From Camelus dromedarius (lineage: Eukaryota): a DNA stretch of 64,000 nucleotides. The position numbers were made by a program, and so were the translations under genes. Shown here piece after piece: positions 11,493-25,904 of this stretch (the stretch's first letter is position 1; each line of letters opens with the position of its first letter). The notes beneath the pieces were generated by a model. The model searched no databases. It was not told the origin of the DNA and worked only from the letters and a program-made list of their open reading frames with translations. Where the stretch lies: the NCBI RefSeq assembly GCF_036321535.1, contig NC_087437.1, forward strand, positions 5,828,001 through 5,892,000. The letters run 5' to 3'.

Positions 11493-11719
11493 CTTTAATG
11501 TTGATGAAAGTAATAATTCAGCTCTCTAGTTACCTTCGTTTATTAGTTTCAGATTTACCATCTGCTTGAGGCTTAAATTTTTTAAAAAATTTATGAGGTC
11601 TGTACTAACACCTAGAGACCGAGAAGTCAGCATTCTTCCTCTACAGAGAGAACACACTGGGCGTTTAAATGTCCTATGAGGTGTTACATAAAGAGAAAGC
11701 TCTCTGTAGGATTCTTTCA

Positions 11720-12050
11720 CTGGACTTTGAGGATGTTATTTTAAGTGAAATGAGCCGGACGTGGAAAGACACGTACCTCGTGGTTCCACTCATATGAGGA
11801 TCTGAAATAGTTGGGTTCTTAAAATCAGAGACAAGGTTGGGAGTTACCAGGGGCGGGAAGGAGGGAGAAATGGGGAGTTAGTAACCAGCAGGCGGAAGGT
11901 TTCAGATGAGCGAGATGAACTAGCTCTCAAGATCTGTGTACAGCCTGGCCCCTACACCCAACAGTGATGTGCTGTACACTTAACACCCGTTGAGAGGGCG
12001 GATCTCATGTCAAGTGTTCTGATCCCAATGAACATTCTGTAAAGAAAGAA
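11720..12050 (+). mobile_element. older LINE-1 3' end fragment
   Basis: tggactttgaggatgttattttaagtgaaatgagcc...gttaccaggggcggg...gagagggcggatctcatgtcaagtgttct, L1M 3' UTR-like. Confidence 0.7.
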
Positions 12051-12784
12051 AAGTTTTGCCTTGCTTTTGCTGCAGTTTCTCTGCAGTACGGAATATGCCT
12101 CAGTCATTGTAATTAAGTTGAGGACGAAGTTGCAGGGGAGGAAAAGGAGAGAAGAGCGAAAAGTCAAGGAAATGATGCCCCACCCCGTTGCAGGCAGCCT
12201 GGTAGCTCCCAGACGGGGCAGCGGACTCTCGGCCGCACCTGCTGGCTCAGACATTATCCCGGAATTCATTCTTGTCCCTGCGCTTCCTTTGTCTCTACTT
12301 TCTGTCTGAAATGAATTTGTTTCGATCCTTTACAGCTTCACAAAAATCTCGATTCTAATTGCCTTCACACTTAATCAAGAAAGCGTGCCCTGGGGGAGCC
12401 ATTTATCCAGTAGAGAGCAGTGTTTTTTAGTGTGTAAAAAAAAAAAAAAAAAAGGAACGAGATGCTCTGTCTAGGAGGATGTTATTTGCTCTCTGTGAAT
12501 ATTTTTGTATGCGTTCTGAAGTGGTCCCTTCTAACTCAGAACTTTCGTTCTTAAACAAAACATGGTTCTTTAAATAAAACATGTGAGAGGAAGGTTTTCT
12601 TACACAGACATGCTGGCGGTCGGCATGCAGCGTCCGGAGTATCTGCTGCATGTCGTCGGTGTGGTTGCATGTGTTTGGTCTGGCCGCTGCTTGATGCAGG
12701 GAAGAGATGGATCACACTTCATCATTAATGGGGTCTGCCCGTCTGGACCAAGGCAGAGATGGCCTGTAATAAGGTTACTGTTGG

Positions 12785-12877
12785 AATATATGTGTGTATT
12801 TGCTTAACTGGGACATTGTGCTGTGCATCAGAAATTGACACATTGTAACTGACTGTACTTCAATAATAATAAAAAAA
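12785..12877 (+). mobile_element. short LINE-1 3' terminus
   Basis: actgggacattgtgctgtgcatcagaaattgacacattgtaactgactgtacttcaat + A tail; homologous to 23130-23195. Confidence 0.75.
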
Positions 12878-14361
12878 TAAGTTTATTGATTCCTCGTCTC
12901 CTCTGTGGCTCCTTTTTTCACCCTTCTGCCTCAGAACTTCACACTAAAAGCATCTTTTAATTGGAAGGGTCAACTTTCCCAGCTCGTACAGGGAGGTCTA
13001 GCCAGTGACGTCTCCAAAAGCAGTTGCCCAGGAATCATTGAAGCCATGTAGCTGACCCACCTCAGGACGACTGCCAAGCCAGCAGGAAGGAAAGAGAGGT
13101 GTTTAAAGGATAGAATGTGATTACAGCATCACCCGTGTCATCTGTTCGGATGGAGAGGCTGCCACTCGGCTGTTAGAAGCAGAGAGGTCGGGAAAGTTTA
13201 GGGAGACAGGGCTTCAAGGTGCACGTGGCGGTGATGACACCACTCTGCTTCTCATCCTTGGTCTACATGTCTCCGTGGAAACCATCAAGGAGCACGTGTT
13301 TAGAAGTACTCTTACACACACACACACCAGACACTGAGCGCTCAGTTGGCACAGAGTAAGTAGCATGTTAGGGGCCGACAGTCCCCTTGGAAGAGCCTTC
13401 ATCTCACAGCAGTTGGTCCCCTCAGATGGAATTTGATGCTCAGCTCCCAGGTCTCGGGGACGACCGAGACGCAGAGCTTCATGGAGTTCCCCACGTCGCC
13501 ATGTGCTGTCTTCCGATGAGAAACAGTAAAGGATATTAAGCCAGCCGCTGTGTCAGCTGATCTGCTAACCGTCTGATTTAAAACTCCCAAGTGGGCCAGG
13601 GAGTGACGGAGGTGCTCTCCAGAACCTGGAGCCCACTGTTGGCATCATGGCTTCAGTTCTGGGACAATTTCATTTGGACCAGGCCACCTGGGGAGCTGTT
13701 CTGGGGTTCATGGCTCGGGGCCATGCAGGTTTGGTGGGGTTACCACTGTCTGACTCTCCATTAGAGCCTTTCTATGGCTCCTTAAGGGGGCAGAACGAGA
13801 TTGCTCATTTTTCAAACACTTTATATCACTGAATCTGGTAGGCTATGTCCAAAATATGTCTGAAACCTTAAGCTTCAGAAAAAGTTAAGGAACTTCTTTT
13901 TAAACCTCTGCTTTACGCAGGAAGCACACCACTCCACTTTTGATAAAACTGAGATCATTGAAGTGCTGCAGTCTTTTTTCTTCCCAGGCAAGACAGAGGA
14001 ACTGTCTCCTCTGTTCCCACCAAATTCTGCTATGAATATTGGATTCTGCTCCTGTATAATTCCTTCAGAGTTTATTTTTGATACATGTGCTTCTCAACTA
14101 GAATTCATTCCCTTTATGTTTCTTCAGTGGCTAAAGGCACCTCCTTAAGTCATTTGCTGAGTTCTTCTTCCCATTGAGGACTCTACAGGACATTTTTAAA
14201 AGCACTGTGTACATATTTAAAATCCTGCACATTCTCATCAATAATAGAAACAGTTCCTTTGGTTGGTCACTGCGTGCACCGGCAGCTTGTCAAAGCTGGG
14301 AGAAGTGTTTGGCTTCCTTGTCCTGGTTTATTCAGCCAACTTTCTATCCCTGTTAGACTTT

Positions 14362-14863
14362 TTTTCCTTCTTCTTTCTTCTTTTTTTTTAATTGAAGTAT
14401 ACTCAGTTACAGTGTGTCAATTTCTGGTGTACAGCATCATGTCCCAGTCATGCAGATACATACATATGTTCGTTTTCATATTTTTTCATTGTAGGTTCCT
14501 ACAAGGTACTGAATACAGTTCCCTGTGCTGTACAGAAGGACTTTGTTGTTTATCTGTTTTATATAGTAGTTAGCATTTGCAAATACCAAACTCCCAGTTT
14601 ATCCCTTTCTCCCCTGGTAGTGATGAGTTTGTTTACTATGTCTGTGAGTCTGTTTCTGTTGATGAGATCATTAGTGTCATCTTTTTTCTTTTTTCTTTTC
14701 TCAGGTTCCACATAAAAGTGATACCATATGGTATTTTTCTTTCTCTTTCTGGCTTACTTCATTTAGTATAATGATCTCCAGGTCCATCCATGTTGCTGCA
14801 AATGGAATTATTTTATTCTTGTTTATGGCTGAATAATATTCCATTGTATAAATATACAACCCA
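14362..14863 (-). mobile_element. 5'-truncated LINE-1 with TSD
   Basis: Minus ORF contains [32 protein letters not shown] (end of L1 ORF2). TSD ttagacttt at 14353-14361 and 14864-14872. Confidence 0.9.
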
Positions 14864-15981
14864 TTAGACTTTGAATAAATGCAATTTGAGTGACAGCAGC
14901 AGTGCTGGCCTGTCGTGGGGCAGAGTTTGAGTTCAGACTGTACAGAGGGGGGTCTCAGAAAGGGAGGGAAATGTAGCTTTCCCAACCCTCTTAGGGGCGG
15001 GTGGGTGTCCCTCAATTTTAGTTCAGTTCGGTAAAAGTGATCTGTTGCCTTCATTCACATTGTCCATTTTGGACTGTGATTGCTTGGCTCTTTAGGACAC
15101 CCCCCCCACACACACACATGGAGGCTGGTCCTTGCAGAAGAGGAGTTTCCTCGCTCCATCTCCCGTCCCAAGGGCTGCAGGAGGCGGGCTCCAGTGTTCC
15201 CCTTGCTGCCCTTTCCCTCCTCCATCCTTGGGGTGCAGACCCCATGCAGCCTTGGCTGGTGGAGGGACAGTCTCATCGACCCTAGGGATGACACTGTGGG
15301 ATCTGTCTGGGTTGTTTCTTGATATGTTAAAATCATTTAGAAAGTCGTTTCTCCTTGACAAATCCTGCCTTTCCAGCCGGTCCTGTTGGTGGGAACCCAA
15401 AGAAGAATCTAATTTGACCTTTAAAACTGAGAAGTGTCTTTGTTTCTACAGGGTATCTGCTCGTCACCCAGGCTCTGAAAGTCACTGTTTGAGTAGGCGG
15501 AAAGCCCCCAGGGCAAAATGATTTATAAACTGTGGAGATGGATCTGGGAAAGAAGCCCCTTTACCCGACCCCCATCACACCTCTATGACTGCCTCCCCAC
15601 CCAGCTTGCTGCCTCCCCTCCCCACTGCCCTTCCCCCCGGATGCCCAGAGAGACTGGCTTCTCAGATACCACCCGGTGGAGGACCTGGGTGTTGCAGGGA
15701 GGAGCCAGAAGGTAGAGATAGAAGTGCAATGTGACAGCTTTAAGGACTAGGGACTACATTATGATCATCACGAGAAATGGAGCCAAATTGCTCTCTGTTA
15801 CTTTGACTGTTGTTGCTGGTGAATAACTTTCTTCTTAGAGCACCTTGGGAAAGTGGCCTCCCTTTGATGTATCAGGATTGATGAAGAATTTATGTTAAGC
15901 CTAATAATTGCCAAGAGAGGGAAAAAGGGGGAAATGACTTTAGGGACACGTACCTCGTGTATATGCGTGTGTGGCACGCGC

Positions 15982-16004
15982 GTGTGTGTGTGTGTGTGTG
16001 TGTG
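15982..16004. repeat. (TG)n microsatellite
   Basis: Direct reading. Confidence 0.9.
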
Positions 16005-16039
16005 TATTCTTCTAGCAACTGAAGTTTTCCAGAATCAGA

Positions 16040-16125
16040 TTTTTTTTTAATGGAAATACTGTGGATTGAATTTAGGACCTTGTGTGTGCTAAGCAGGCAC
16101 CCTACTGTGAAGCCGTACCCTTCAC
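16040..16125 (-). mobile_element. diverged short Vic-1-type SINE
   Basis: taatggaaatactgtggattgaatttaggaccttgtgtgtgctaagcagg; TSD ccagaatcaga at 16029-16039 and 16126-16136. Confidence 0.8.
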
Positions 16126-18942
16126 CCAGAATCAGAATTTTTGATTTGCTATTGAAACATGCATCAAACACTGTTAATAATATACGGCCCTTTCTTAAAG
16201 AAAACGTCTTTACTGCATCCAGAGTTTGTTTGCCGTCTTGAAGTTTGTACTGACGGCCGTGGTATCCACAGCGTGGTGTTCTCTCTGCAGCTAGTTTGGT
16301 GGTGGCTGTGATTGTCCTCTGTTGTCAAAACCCTTTTCAAAACAGAAAAGTGATGATCAAAGACACAAAGGATTTAATTGGCTTTCAGTGTGTGATCATT
16401 TGTGCATCTTCCTGCAGCTGGTGAGTTCCAAAGCCTTTCAGGTTCACAAAAGTGAAGACTGGCTGACCTGGAACCTGCCGCCCCAAGCTCGCTGATGGTT
16501 CCGCCTGCTCCCTGGCTTGTGTCGGGGCCCTCTGGCTGGCGCGGACCGTGGTCCCAGAGGGGAGCCGTGTCTCTCCTTGGCCCTCCAACCTGCGCTGCTG
16601 GTGCAGAGGAATCCGTGTGTTCCTCTCTTGTCACCATAGGCTTGCAGAGTCCTGGGACAGAGGCCTTGGAGCGCCGAGCACCCTCTGGGCTCCACTGCAC
16701 TGGAGGGCCCAGGGAATGCACCTTCACTGTTTAACAGTTTCCCTGAGGCAGCCGTTTCTGACCAGGTGGGGAATTGGGGGTGGTTCTTCTCATCCCAGAA
16801 TCCAGATCATTCTCCACCCCACCTGGGCAGGTGGCTGCCTCGGGCACCTGAGCCTCTGGTTGGCCCTGCCGTCCAGCTCCATGTGGGGTGCAGAACACTC
16901 TCCAGCGAGGTAAAGGGGGTATTTTGCCTGCACGATTATTTTAGCTTCAGCGTGCTGGCTGCAATTAACCAGGAAGAGTTACACACAGGAACTTTTTTCC
17001 AGCAGTATTTTTCTTTTGTCAAAGATTCATCATAAAGATGAATTGTTTAATATTTTGTTGTGTCCCGTTGTTGCTGGGATCCCGGTTAGAGTTTAGAAAG
17101 GAGGTAAGTTGCAGTCATAACAGACTTGTATTGTTTAGCGTTACCTGGACGTTCGGCTATCATTCCCTGACTTTGGAAAGGCAAGACCCACTCATTCATC
17201 AGAAGTTAAAAACTGATTGACTGACAACCATCCTTGTGTTGTTTAGAGCAACATAGCTTTTCTATTGAGAAATTCAGTGGTGTTGCAAGTCCTATTTGGA
17301 GCTGAGTTGGAAAGATGGAATAACTCTGGAAAATTGTCAGGGGTGACACAGAGATGTGTTTGCAGATGCAGTCATGGGCACCCCTATTTTTGCAGAAACA
17401 TACCATTTGGACGTGCAATCACATTTTAGAAGACAGCTTTCTTTCTAAGAAGTAGGATAATCTGGATGGAATCTGCTCCATAAAAATGAAGCTATCCACA
17501 TAATCAGTTTATTGAAAAAATCACACCTTTCGGAACTTTTTTGAGGGCTGAATGTAATTGTTGACACTTCCGTGGGCCACCTTTTGGCATCAGTTGTTGG
17601 CAGTAGGGCGCACTCATTTCTGACCTCTCTTTATCTGTTATGTCCCTAGTTGTGACCTGGAAAAAAATGTTTTTAAGGTGTTTTTCCACAATCTCTTTAA
17701 CAATGATGTAGCAGTAATTTTTCTCTGCAGCTCGAGGTACTCCTGTCAGTCACATTTAGCACTTTATAAGCTTTCAGCCTATATTTCATTGATACATTAC
17801 ACTTGACCTCATGTTTATAAGAGAAATAAAACTCCACACTGCTGGTGGATTCAGTATTTCTTGTTTTTGTGTGGGGACCAGGACTCGCCCTCCGCCTCAC
17901 CAAACTGCTCCACTCGGCACGTGTCTGGTGGTGACTCCCCGCCACACACATTCACTGCCTTGTCGTGGGGGCTGCAGGGACTGTCACTTCTCATTCTGTT
18001 TCAACAGCTCTTGCTTTCCATTCTGTTCACTTATGTTCCCCCGGATTGCTGTGAAATAATTAATGTCACTCACCCCACTAAAATAGCCACCTCTGACACC
18101 AGAAATCTGATTGTACTACCAGATGGAATTTATCAGGAGTAAAAATAGCACTTAATCATGGTTTCAAAGTCTTTTCTAACTTAATTAAGGCAGTTCAAAT
18201 TCTGAACCATAAGAAAATTACTCTTGCAGTAAACTCAGGGGGTGGACAATATGGTGTGTTAAAAGTTAAGTTTAACGCTACAAGCTTAATTATCAATTAA
18301 CTTAAAAATAACACATTAAGTAGTTTAAAACATTTATTCCCTGCTATGTTTAGTATTAGTCAGATCTTTAGGGCTAAATGTTACAGATTTTTATGTGGAG
18401 ATTTTATGTAGGAGATCCTTTGTCTACTTATGGAAATCTTCAAGTATTTTCTTTGAAATCAGTGTTGATTATTCTGGTTTTCTTTACAGTTGGTATGCTC
18501 CCACACCAGAGAGTGATCAAATGGAGTTACACCATCATTTATGTCATTATGTGTCACAAAATAATTGTAGCTTTAAATAATCACTTATCTGGTGCCAAAA
18601 GCAAAAAACAAACAAACAAAAACTCTTTGTGAAGAGAAATGGCTACTTTGAGTATTTTGCTAAATATAGCCAGGATGGCAGTGACTAATTTTTAGTTGAT
18701 TTCCTAAAACTAAGCTCTAGCTTTGTTACAAATCTGTGAAAGTCTTCGACCAGTGTTACAGTGGTCTGTAGCCAAATTTTTCCTTTGTTTACATATGTTA
18801 TGACGTGTTTATCCTTTTAAAATATGAGCCGCACTTGCTTTTTGATGTTCTCTTCAAAACACGCATGTCACGCATCAAACTGTATTCTCTCGAATACTTT
18901 TAGTCTAGTATCACCAAATGACAAATCACATGACGTTTCAGA

Positions 18943-19210
18943 GCAGGGGCCGGAGTGCTGGCCTGTGGGCCGATCTGGTACCGTCTGCTTTTGTAGGGGC
19001 TGCAGGCTAAGAGTGGTTGAAAAAACTCAAAATTCGTGACATGTAAAAATTGTATGAAAATCAAGCCTTGGTATCCCTAATGAAAATTTAATAGCGCACA
19101 TCCATTAAGTGTCCTCCGTGACTGCCCTCCCACTGTCACAGCAGGGACGAGTGGCAGCCTAAGATATTTACTGTCTGTCTGCTCCTTTATAGGAAAAGTT
19201 TGCCAACCCC
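18943..19210. mobile_element. MER58-like hAT DNA transposon relic
   Basis: caggggcc...ggcctgtgggccgatctgg...agcctaagatatttactgtctg...ggaaaagtttgccaacccc resembles MER58 ends. Confidence 0.65.
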
Positions 19211-22200
19211 GCAAAAAGAGGAAAAAGTCCTTAGGGCGTTTTGATGCACTGGTTTCCAGATTCACTTTGGCCGGCTTAAATCATGGCTTTAAAGGTTTTC
19301 TTCCTTTGCTTTTTTTTTTTTTAAATGCATTTAACTCAGTGCATTTTGAATTTTGATCCATCATGCTACTCACTAACCCCGTAGGAGGCGGGAGCTGTCC
19401 TCACCCTGGGACTCCCGTCCTGGAAGAGGCAGTGAACCCCTAAAGCAGTAAAATCACTCGTTGGTGTTTGATGGTCAGAACTAGAAACACTAGAGGCGGG
19501 AACGGGAAGAGGAAAGCCTACAAAAATTAAAGTCTGCTCTGATCTCTTACAGGGCTCATGAGGAAAGCATGCTATTTCAGCAGAAAATGGGGATAGTCGA
19601 CCAGAATTGTGTGTTGTACTGCACTAAAATTTGTAACTAACTTACTACACACACATTTAGCGGGATACGTAATCACGATGGTGCTGCTCAGTGATGAGGC
19701 ATTGAAACAGCCCGAGCCGCTAAGAGTTGGGTTTCACCAGTGCTCCTTTCCTCAGTCAAATCAAGCATCTCTTGTTAGGGGAGGTGAGGGTGGAGCAGAG
19801 AACGGGGAATTGGGTGGAGCCGGTGGTGGAGGAAGGGTGAGCTCCTTTTCTGAAAACCCCTGTTTCCTGTCACCCTCCCGGAAGGCAGGGAGGAGGACTT
19901 TCTCTCAAATTACGCAATTATGCAATCTGGGCAGGCCAGCTTCTGTTTAAAGCCTTCTCCTAAGGGAAGGGATTAATTACATTAGAAAGGGTTCTGGAGG
20001 TGGAGACCCTCTCCCATGGGGTAGTGAGGGTCACTGCTCTTCTTTGTGCTCTTTGTTTCTTTCTTGCCCTGTCCCAACTTGGGACGACACCTGCCTTGGT
20101 TTGATCCCCTTTTCTAAGGCCTCTCCCCCTCCCTCCCCCAGGTCTGAGCCCCATGATGTAGACGACGACGTGTGTCTCACTGCCCACAGTGTTGTCACGT
20201 CAGAGCCTGCCACAGGGCCGGCCCTCACAATGTGAAGGAAGGAGGGAAAGTGACCCTGGTCTGGGGGACACAGATACCAGGTGTCCTTCCTGCTCTGCGG
20301 TGATGTCCCGGGGTGCCCGCCTTCCCCTGGACTTGGCTGATTCTCATGTGCACCGGAAGCCTTCTTTAGACGGGTTAGGTTTGGGGCTGGCAAGGGCTGG
20401 AGGCCGGAGCGGCTGTCCTTCCAGTCTCAGTACCAGAGGGTGGCCCCCGGGTCCATCCTGGGGCGGTGAGTGGTGCCTGTGCTGGTCCAGGGGGTGGAGG
20501 CGGACTGGGGTTCCTGGGCAGCTCCGGATGCCCGTGGGAGGGGCGGGGCTGGAGGCGGGAGGCCAGGCCTAGACCAGGCGGGAGGAAGGAAGGCAGGAGG
20601 CTCCCAGGTGCCCAGACCATTTGCCTCTTGTTCAGATCCTCGAAGTGCCCCCTAAACTTTACCTGGAGGATTCTTTGCTTTGACTGATAATGCATGACTT
20701 GAAGATTCATGAGTCCTAACAAGAAAATAGGGCAAAGTTGAGGAGTTGGGGGGAGAGGCGGCCAGACAGGAGTGCAGCCTGATTCAGCGCGGCCCCTGAG
20801 ACAAGAGCGTTGCTCATGTGTGTATATATGGGTGTGACTTCCCGGAGTGTGCTCAGGAGTCCAGTGCCACGGGAGCTCATAGGTGGGCATGGGCTCCTGG
20901 TGGGCCAAGCAGGAGGGCCTGGGTGCCAGATGGCCCCCTTCCCTCAGCCATCACCCCCCTCGTCTTTAACACTCACAGGACCACACTCCTGCGCTCCCCG
21001 CGGAAGAAACCGTGACCCTCACTCACCCACAGCATCCACCGGCCATGCGTCGACCTTGGGAAATCTTTGTCCTGGTACTTTCTCACCTGCCATCATGAGC
21101 TGACTCCCAGGGCGACAGATGTGCCCTGGTGTGTTTCACACAGCTGTGGGTTCATGCAGACCCGTGCAGGTGTGCCTGGGTGTGAACACGTGTGCACAAT
21201 AGCATTCTTGTACAGAGATGCTGGGACTAGCAGTTGGGGGATGGAGAAGGAAACTGCACCCTGGGAAGCAGGTGGTGGTGTTTTCGGGGGGCAGTGCTGG
21301 CACAGAACGTAAGCTCAGAGGATGAATGAAAGTCCCTGCTCTAGTGCCTTCTCTGTGACTGGGGCACCTCTGTTTCTTCATCCGTGGGACGGGCAGAGTC
21401 TCATCCCCACAGAAGGGAAGAGATTGCACGTAACTGGCCCAGAACATAGTACATGCTCAGCAAACGGTGGCCCTTATCATGTCAGTATGCATTTTCAAAG
21501 GCTAGAGACGTGCAGCTGGTGGTGCTGCCAGACCTCTCTGCGTGTACTTTTACCACCACTCGCACTTGAGAGCAGCCGCTTTGCTGTATGTGGGGACGCG
21601 GTTACTCCGTTTCATAAAGGCAGGTTGAACCGTACAGAGTGAAAAGCAGGTCAGGTTTCTCGCCACCTTGCTAGGGGAGTTGCCTCTGCCCCGAAAGGGG
21701 AAGGAGCAGGTGAGTCCTGTGGTCAACACCAGGAAGGATGCCTGGGCTTGTACCGTAAACACTGGAGTAGCTGGTCCAGTGATTCTTGCCCGCCCCGCCG
21801 GCTCTGTGGCCCAGGGGACTGCACACACCTCGCTGTGCTCAAAAACACTGCTCTTCGTTACGGAGACGCCTCCAGTTGCTTTTCTCTGTTCACTAACATC
21901 TGTACTTAGTTATCACAGACCTGCGAGGAACTAATGCTCGCTTACAGTAAGACTATGATTGAATTACCTTCTGTTAATTAGGAGTTTCCAAATCACCTTG
22001 TTCCCCTTGGAGAAAAGCCTTGATACGAGTAGACGGAAATAAAAGTGGTGCTATCTTTAATCCAAATTGTATCTTTTGAAATTTAATTAATTTAGTAATA
22101 AAAGTTTTTAAATGAGCATGTCGGAACTCTAAATGGTCCTTGGTGGCTTGAAAGAGTTAGTGTAGCATCCAGAACTTGCTAACACCGTCTCTCCGGAAGT

Positions 22201-22354
22201 AAGTTGCCCACAGAATAGTTGTCTTTACTGAGCTCTCCTTTCCTCCTGCAGGGATCGCGTGGGCTGGGTTTTAAACCATTCTCATCAGTTCTTTGGAGAC
22301 CCTCCCCTCCCTCCAAGATGTAGCTTCTGAACTGTCTCTAACACTGTCAGGACC

Positions 22355-22475
22355 GGGGGAGGATATATCTCAAGTGGTAGAGCACATGCTTAGCATACAC
22401 AGGGTCCTGGGTCCCATCCCCAGTGCCTCCTCTAAAAATAAATAAGTAACCCTGATTACCTCCCCCCAAAACCTT
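22355..22475 (+). mobile_element. Vic-1-type SINE
   Basis: gggggaggatatatctcaagtggtagagcacatgcttagcatacacagggtcctggg...cctgattacctcccccc; near-TSD aacactgtcaggacc (22340-22354) / aaaactgtcaagacc (22476-22490). Confidence 0.87.
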
Positions 22476-23034
22476 AAAACTGTCAAGACCAAGGGAGTCA
22501 CAGCAGTGTCCTGGCCCTGCCTTCTCTCTTTCCAGGCATTTACTAGAGGCAGAAGCCAGTGGCCGGCCGCAGACTGTATCCCCACCAGGCTGCCCCAGCT
22601 CCCCCAAGCCTAGTCCTTCCCCAGCTGCTCGGTCCCTCACTAGCTCACATCCCTTCCTGCTCTGCTGACCAGAGAGGGGCTTTGAGCACAAGGTGCGCTT
22701 ACATTTCTTGCTGTCTGAGGTGGTCTGAGGCTGTCGCATAAGCATCTCGTGATCATAGTGTTAGAAAACTGGAGAGGCGCTGGACAGTGTTGAGGCAGTG
22801 TGACCAAAGGCCCCTTAGAGGAGGGGTTTGTGTGTGCGCATCCTGGGGGCAACCACGTGCAGAACGGTTCATCGCGCGCTGTAAGGTAGCCTGTTCGGTG
22901 TGCGAATGTTGCAGAAGGCTTCCCACCGTGATCACGGACAAAGTGACACGGAGCACACTGTGTTCTTTTCTGACGGGACTTCCGATCACGTGAGATCAAT
23001 CATACAATGGAGAAAAGAAAATAAAGAGTTTGGT

Positions 23035-23195
23035 CTGTATAGCACAGGAAACTATGCTCAATATCTTGTAATAACCTTTAGTGGAAAAGAATATGAAAAT
23101 GAATATATGCATGTATATGCAAGACTGGGACATTGTGCTGTGCACCAGAGACTGACACGTTGTCACCAACTGTACTTCAATTTAAAAAAAAAAAA
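23035..23195 (+). mobile_element. LINE-1 3' terminus with poly-A
   Basis: ctgtatagcacaggaaactatgctcaatatcttgtaataacc...tgtacttcaatttaaaaaaaaaaaa. Confidence 0.82.
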
Positions 23196-24837
23196 TGAGG
23201 ATTGTTATGATTTGCGTGCATGTGAACTTACTGTAGACGTGCTCGCCATGCAGAGAAGTACAGCATGATACGTGATTCGTGAACCGGTAGGAAATGCTAT
23301 ACAGTCTTTCTGGATAGTTTTATCACTGCGAGGGGGGTTCCTTTTTAGGGTAGTTTAGGTCCTGTTTTGTTGCTCAATCTTCAGCAATTTTTGTTTTCTC
23401 GCTGAATGTGGTGTTGCTTGGGGGAACAGAAACAATACAAGATCAAAACCAAAATTTCTTTGCAGCTTTCTGAAATTCTGTGTACTTCCTGAAACTAAAA
23501 CTATTCAGAAATTTGAAAACTTTGCCAACGGTTTACAGTCTGTCCATCACTCATCTCTTGGTTTATTGAAACTCTCGGCTTTTCCAGACCCCTTTTCTGT
23601 TTCCCCCGGCTGCTCTGCGCTACACACCTTGGGAACACCTGGAGACGTCTGGTAACGCTAAGTCTCAATTAATCTAGAAATGTGAGTGAATTCCTTTCAC
23701 ATAAAAGTTTGATTGTGGCTTTATAGTTTATTCACTTGTCTGCATAAAATAAAACTTTCCTATCTGATTTAAAAGATGGTTTTGGATAAATCACATTTAT
23801 CCAAATGGCCCATTCTCTGTTTGAATTCCTCTAAGCTCTGGCTCTGTGATTTTTGTCTTTTTTTTTTTTTTTTTTCCTTTCTTTTATTCCTCTATATAGT
23901 GCTGCTTCCCCCACCTCAAGTTCCTCTTTTTGGTTTTTTCTCTCATCTTTGCTCTTTTCTCCTCTCCTCCAGCCCAGCAAATGTGTATTACTAAGGACTT
24001 CTAGTGGCTAACACTGGAAGTACCCCTCAGAAACACCCCAAGCGGACACTGGGCACCAAAGCAACTGGTAGAAAATGAGAACCTAGGGCAAATAATTGGG
24101 TTGTTTTAACTACATGGTACAATTTATTTCCGTGAGTTTTATGCTGGATCTAAACGGTTATTTAGGCACATATAGGCAAAACCTGTGTTACCCTGTGGAA
24201 AACAAGCATCATGTCTCTTTGCATTTATATGTACATGGTGGTTCACCTCTGGAACTACAGCTTAAATAAAACTTGAAGATTGGGCTGTGAGATGCAGCCC
24301 TTTCTAAGCGTGACTGTGGTTATGTATTGATTTAGAGCGAGGAGCGGTGGGTGGAGATGGTGATCATGACACGTGGTAGAGGGGGCTTTCATTGTGTGAA
24401 AATTCCGCTAGATCCTTGCCGACGAGACGGGAAGTTACCTTCCAGGGTCTGATCTGAAACGTGGTGCATGAGAGTACGGTAGCGGTGCTTAGATAAAAGT
24501 TAAGTAACAGGAGGGCCACGTTCCTCACCCCTGAGGTACGTACAGTCCTGGCTCTGCTGTGAACTTTGTGACAAGTTAGAGCGTGTTGGAAAGCTGGAGA
24601 ATTCTTGGCTTCCTGAATGTGGACCCTCGGTCAGTCCTACGTCATAATTTGCTCCAGATTTGTACAGCACTCGGCATCTCTCCTCTGGCAAGAAATGATG
24701 GTGAAAATTGTTGAGCACAGGGTCGAGGCTGGCTTATGCGATACTAGAAACATCCTTAGGTTGAGTATGATAGATACAGAGAGTTTAACTGTAGTCCGCA
24801 ATGCGATTGCATAGATTTTGAAATACTCTCCCTTTTA

Positions 24838-25430
24838 TAGTCAGTTCTGCTGGAACGCTTGTATTGAAAATGCGAATTTATTTGAATATGATTGACACAT
24901 TAGGGAAAAGTTTTTACCCTCAGGTGAATTTCATGTTTGCTTGTGCACAGTTTTGACCACGGGAGACACTTGTAAGCCCAGAGCACTGCACCTGGGTGAA
25001 CAGAACAGACACACACCCCTCCGACCTTGGCCGCCTCATTCTCCGAGTATGTCCTGACCCACCCCACCCCCACCTCTCAGGTCCAACCTTTCATCAGCTG
25101 CAGACCCCCTCCCTCCACCTCTTCTGGGGAACTCACAGGCTGCAGCCCTCCGAGCCCCCTTCCGCAAGACCCTCCAGTCTTTTCCAGGGTCCAGTGCCAC
25201 GTGCCACATTCGCCGTAGCGCTGGGCGTTCCTTACCTAACCTGACACGCGCGGGGCCGTGCTAGCACTTGCGTTCTGTCCCTGCTTTTTTTTTTAATGTG
25301 TCACTGCAGAATTTCTGAGTGTGATGCCCCGAACCCCACTTCCGCCACAAACCTTGTGTTTTCCCTGGTGCAGTGGTTTTTTAGGAGCAGCTAAAAATGT
25401 GTCATATGTCCCACCATAGCAGAACCTTCG
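24838..25430. mobile_element. possible Tigger-like (TcMar) DNA transposon relic
   Basis: Left end tagtcagttctgctggaacg and right end catagcagaac are partial inverted termini; the interior is highly diverged. Confidence 0.35.
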
Positions 25431-25904
25431 GGACTGCAGCTTTGTCCAGAATCACCAGATGACCGAGGCCAAGCCCCTAATACTGTGGACCTTCCAGAAA
25501 GTCTCCTCACACACCTGGAAAGGTCCAGTCTCCTTGCTCGGCTCCTTCGCCTGGCTGCTCCCCCTCTGTCTCTTACGCGAGTTCTCTCTGCTTGTTAATT
25601 TGTGATTCTGGAACATCTATCACCGTGAGGTCTTAATCTCATTTATCTTTAACGTTCTTCCCTCGGAGATGTAGGCATCCTTTCATCTCAACGGCTACCT
25701 CAGCGCAGGAAATTCCCAGCGTCCCAGGGCCAGAGCCAGGCTTTCCCACAGTTCCCAGGTGGTGCTCAGGTCGGTGGAACATGACATCCTGATGCGCCAC
25801 TAACACGTGACACTCTGGGAACCTCCAAGTCTCACCACTGCGGGGGGCGGCACTGTCTTCTCTTTCTCATCTGCCCCCTTTACCTTCTTTGTCCTTGGCT
25901 TTTC

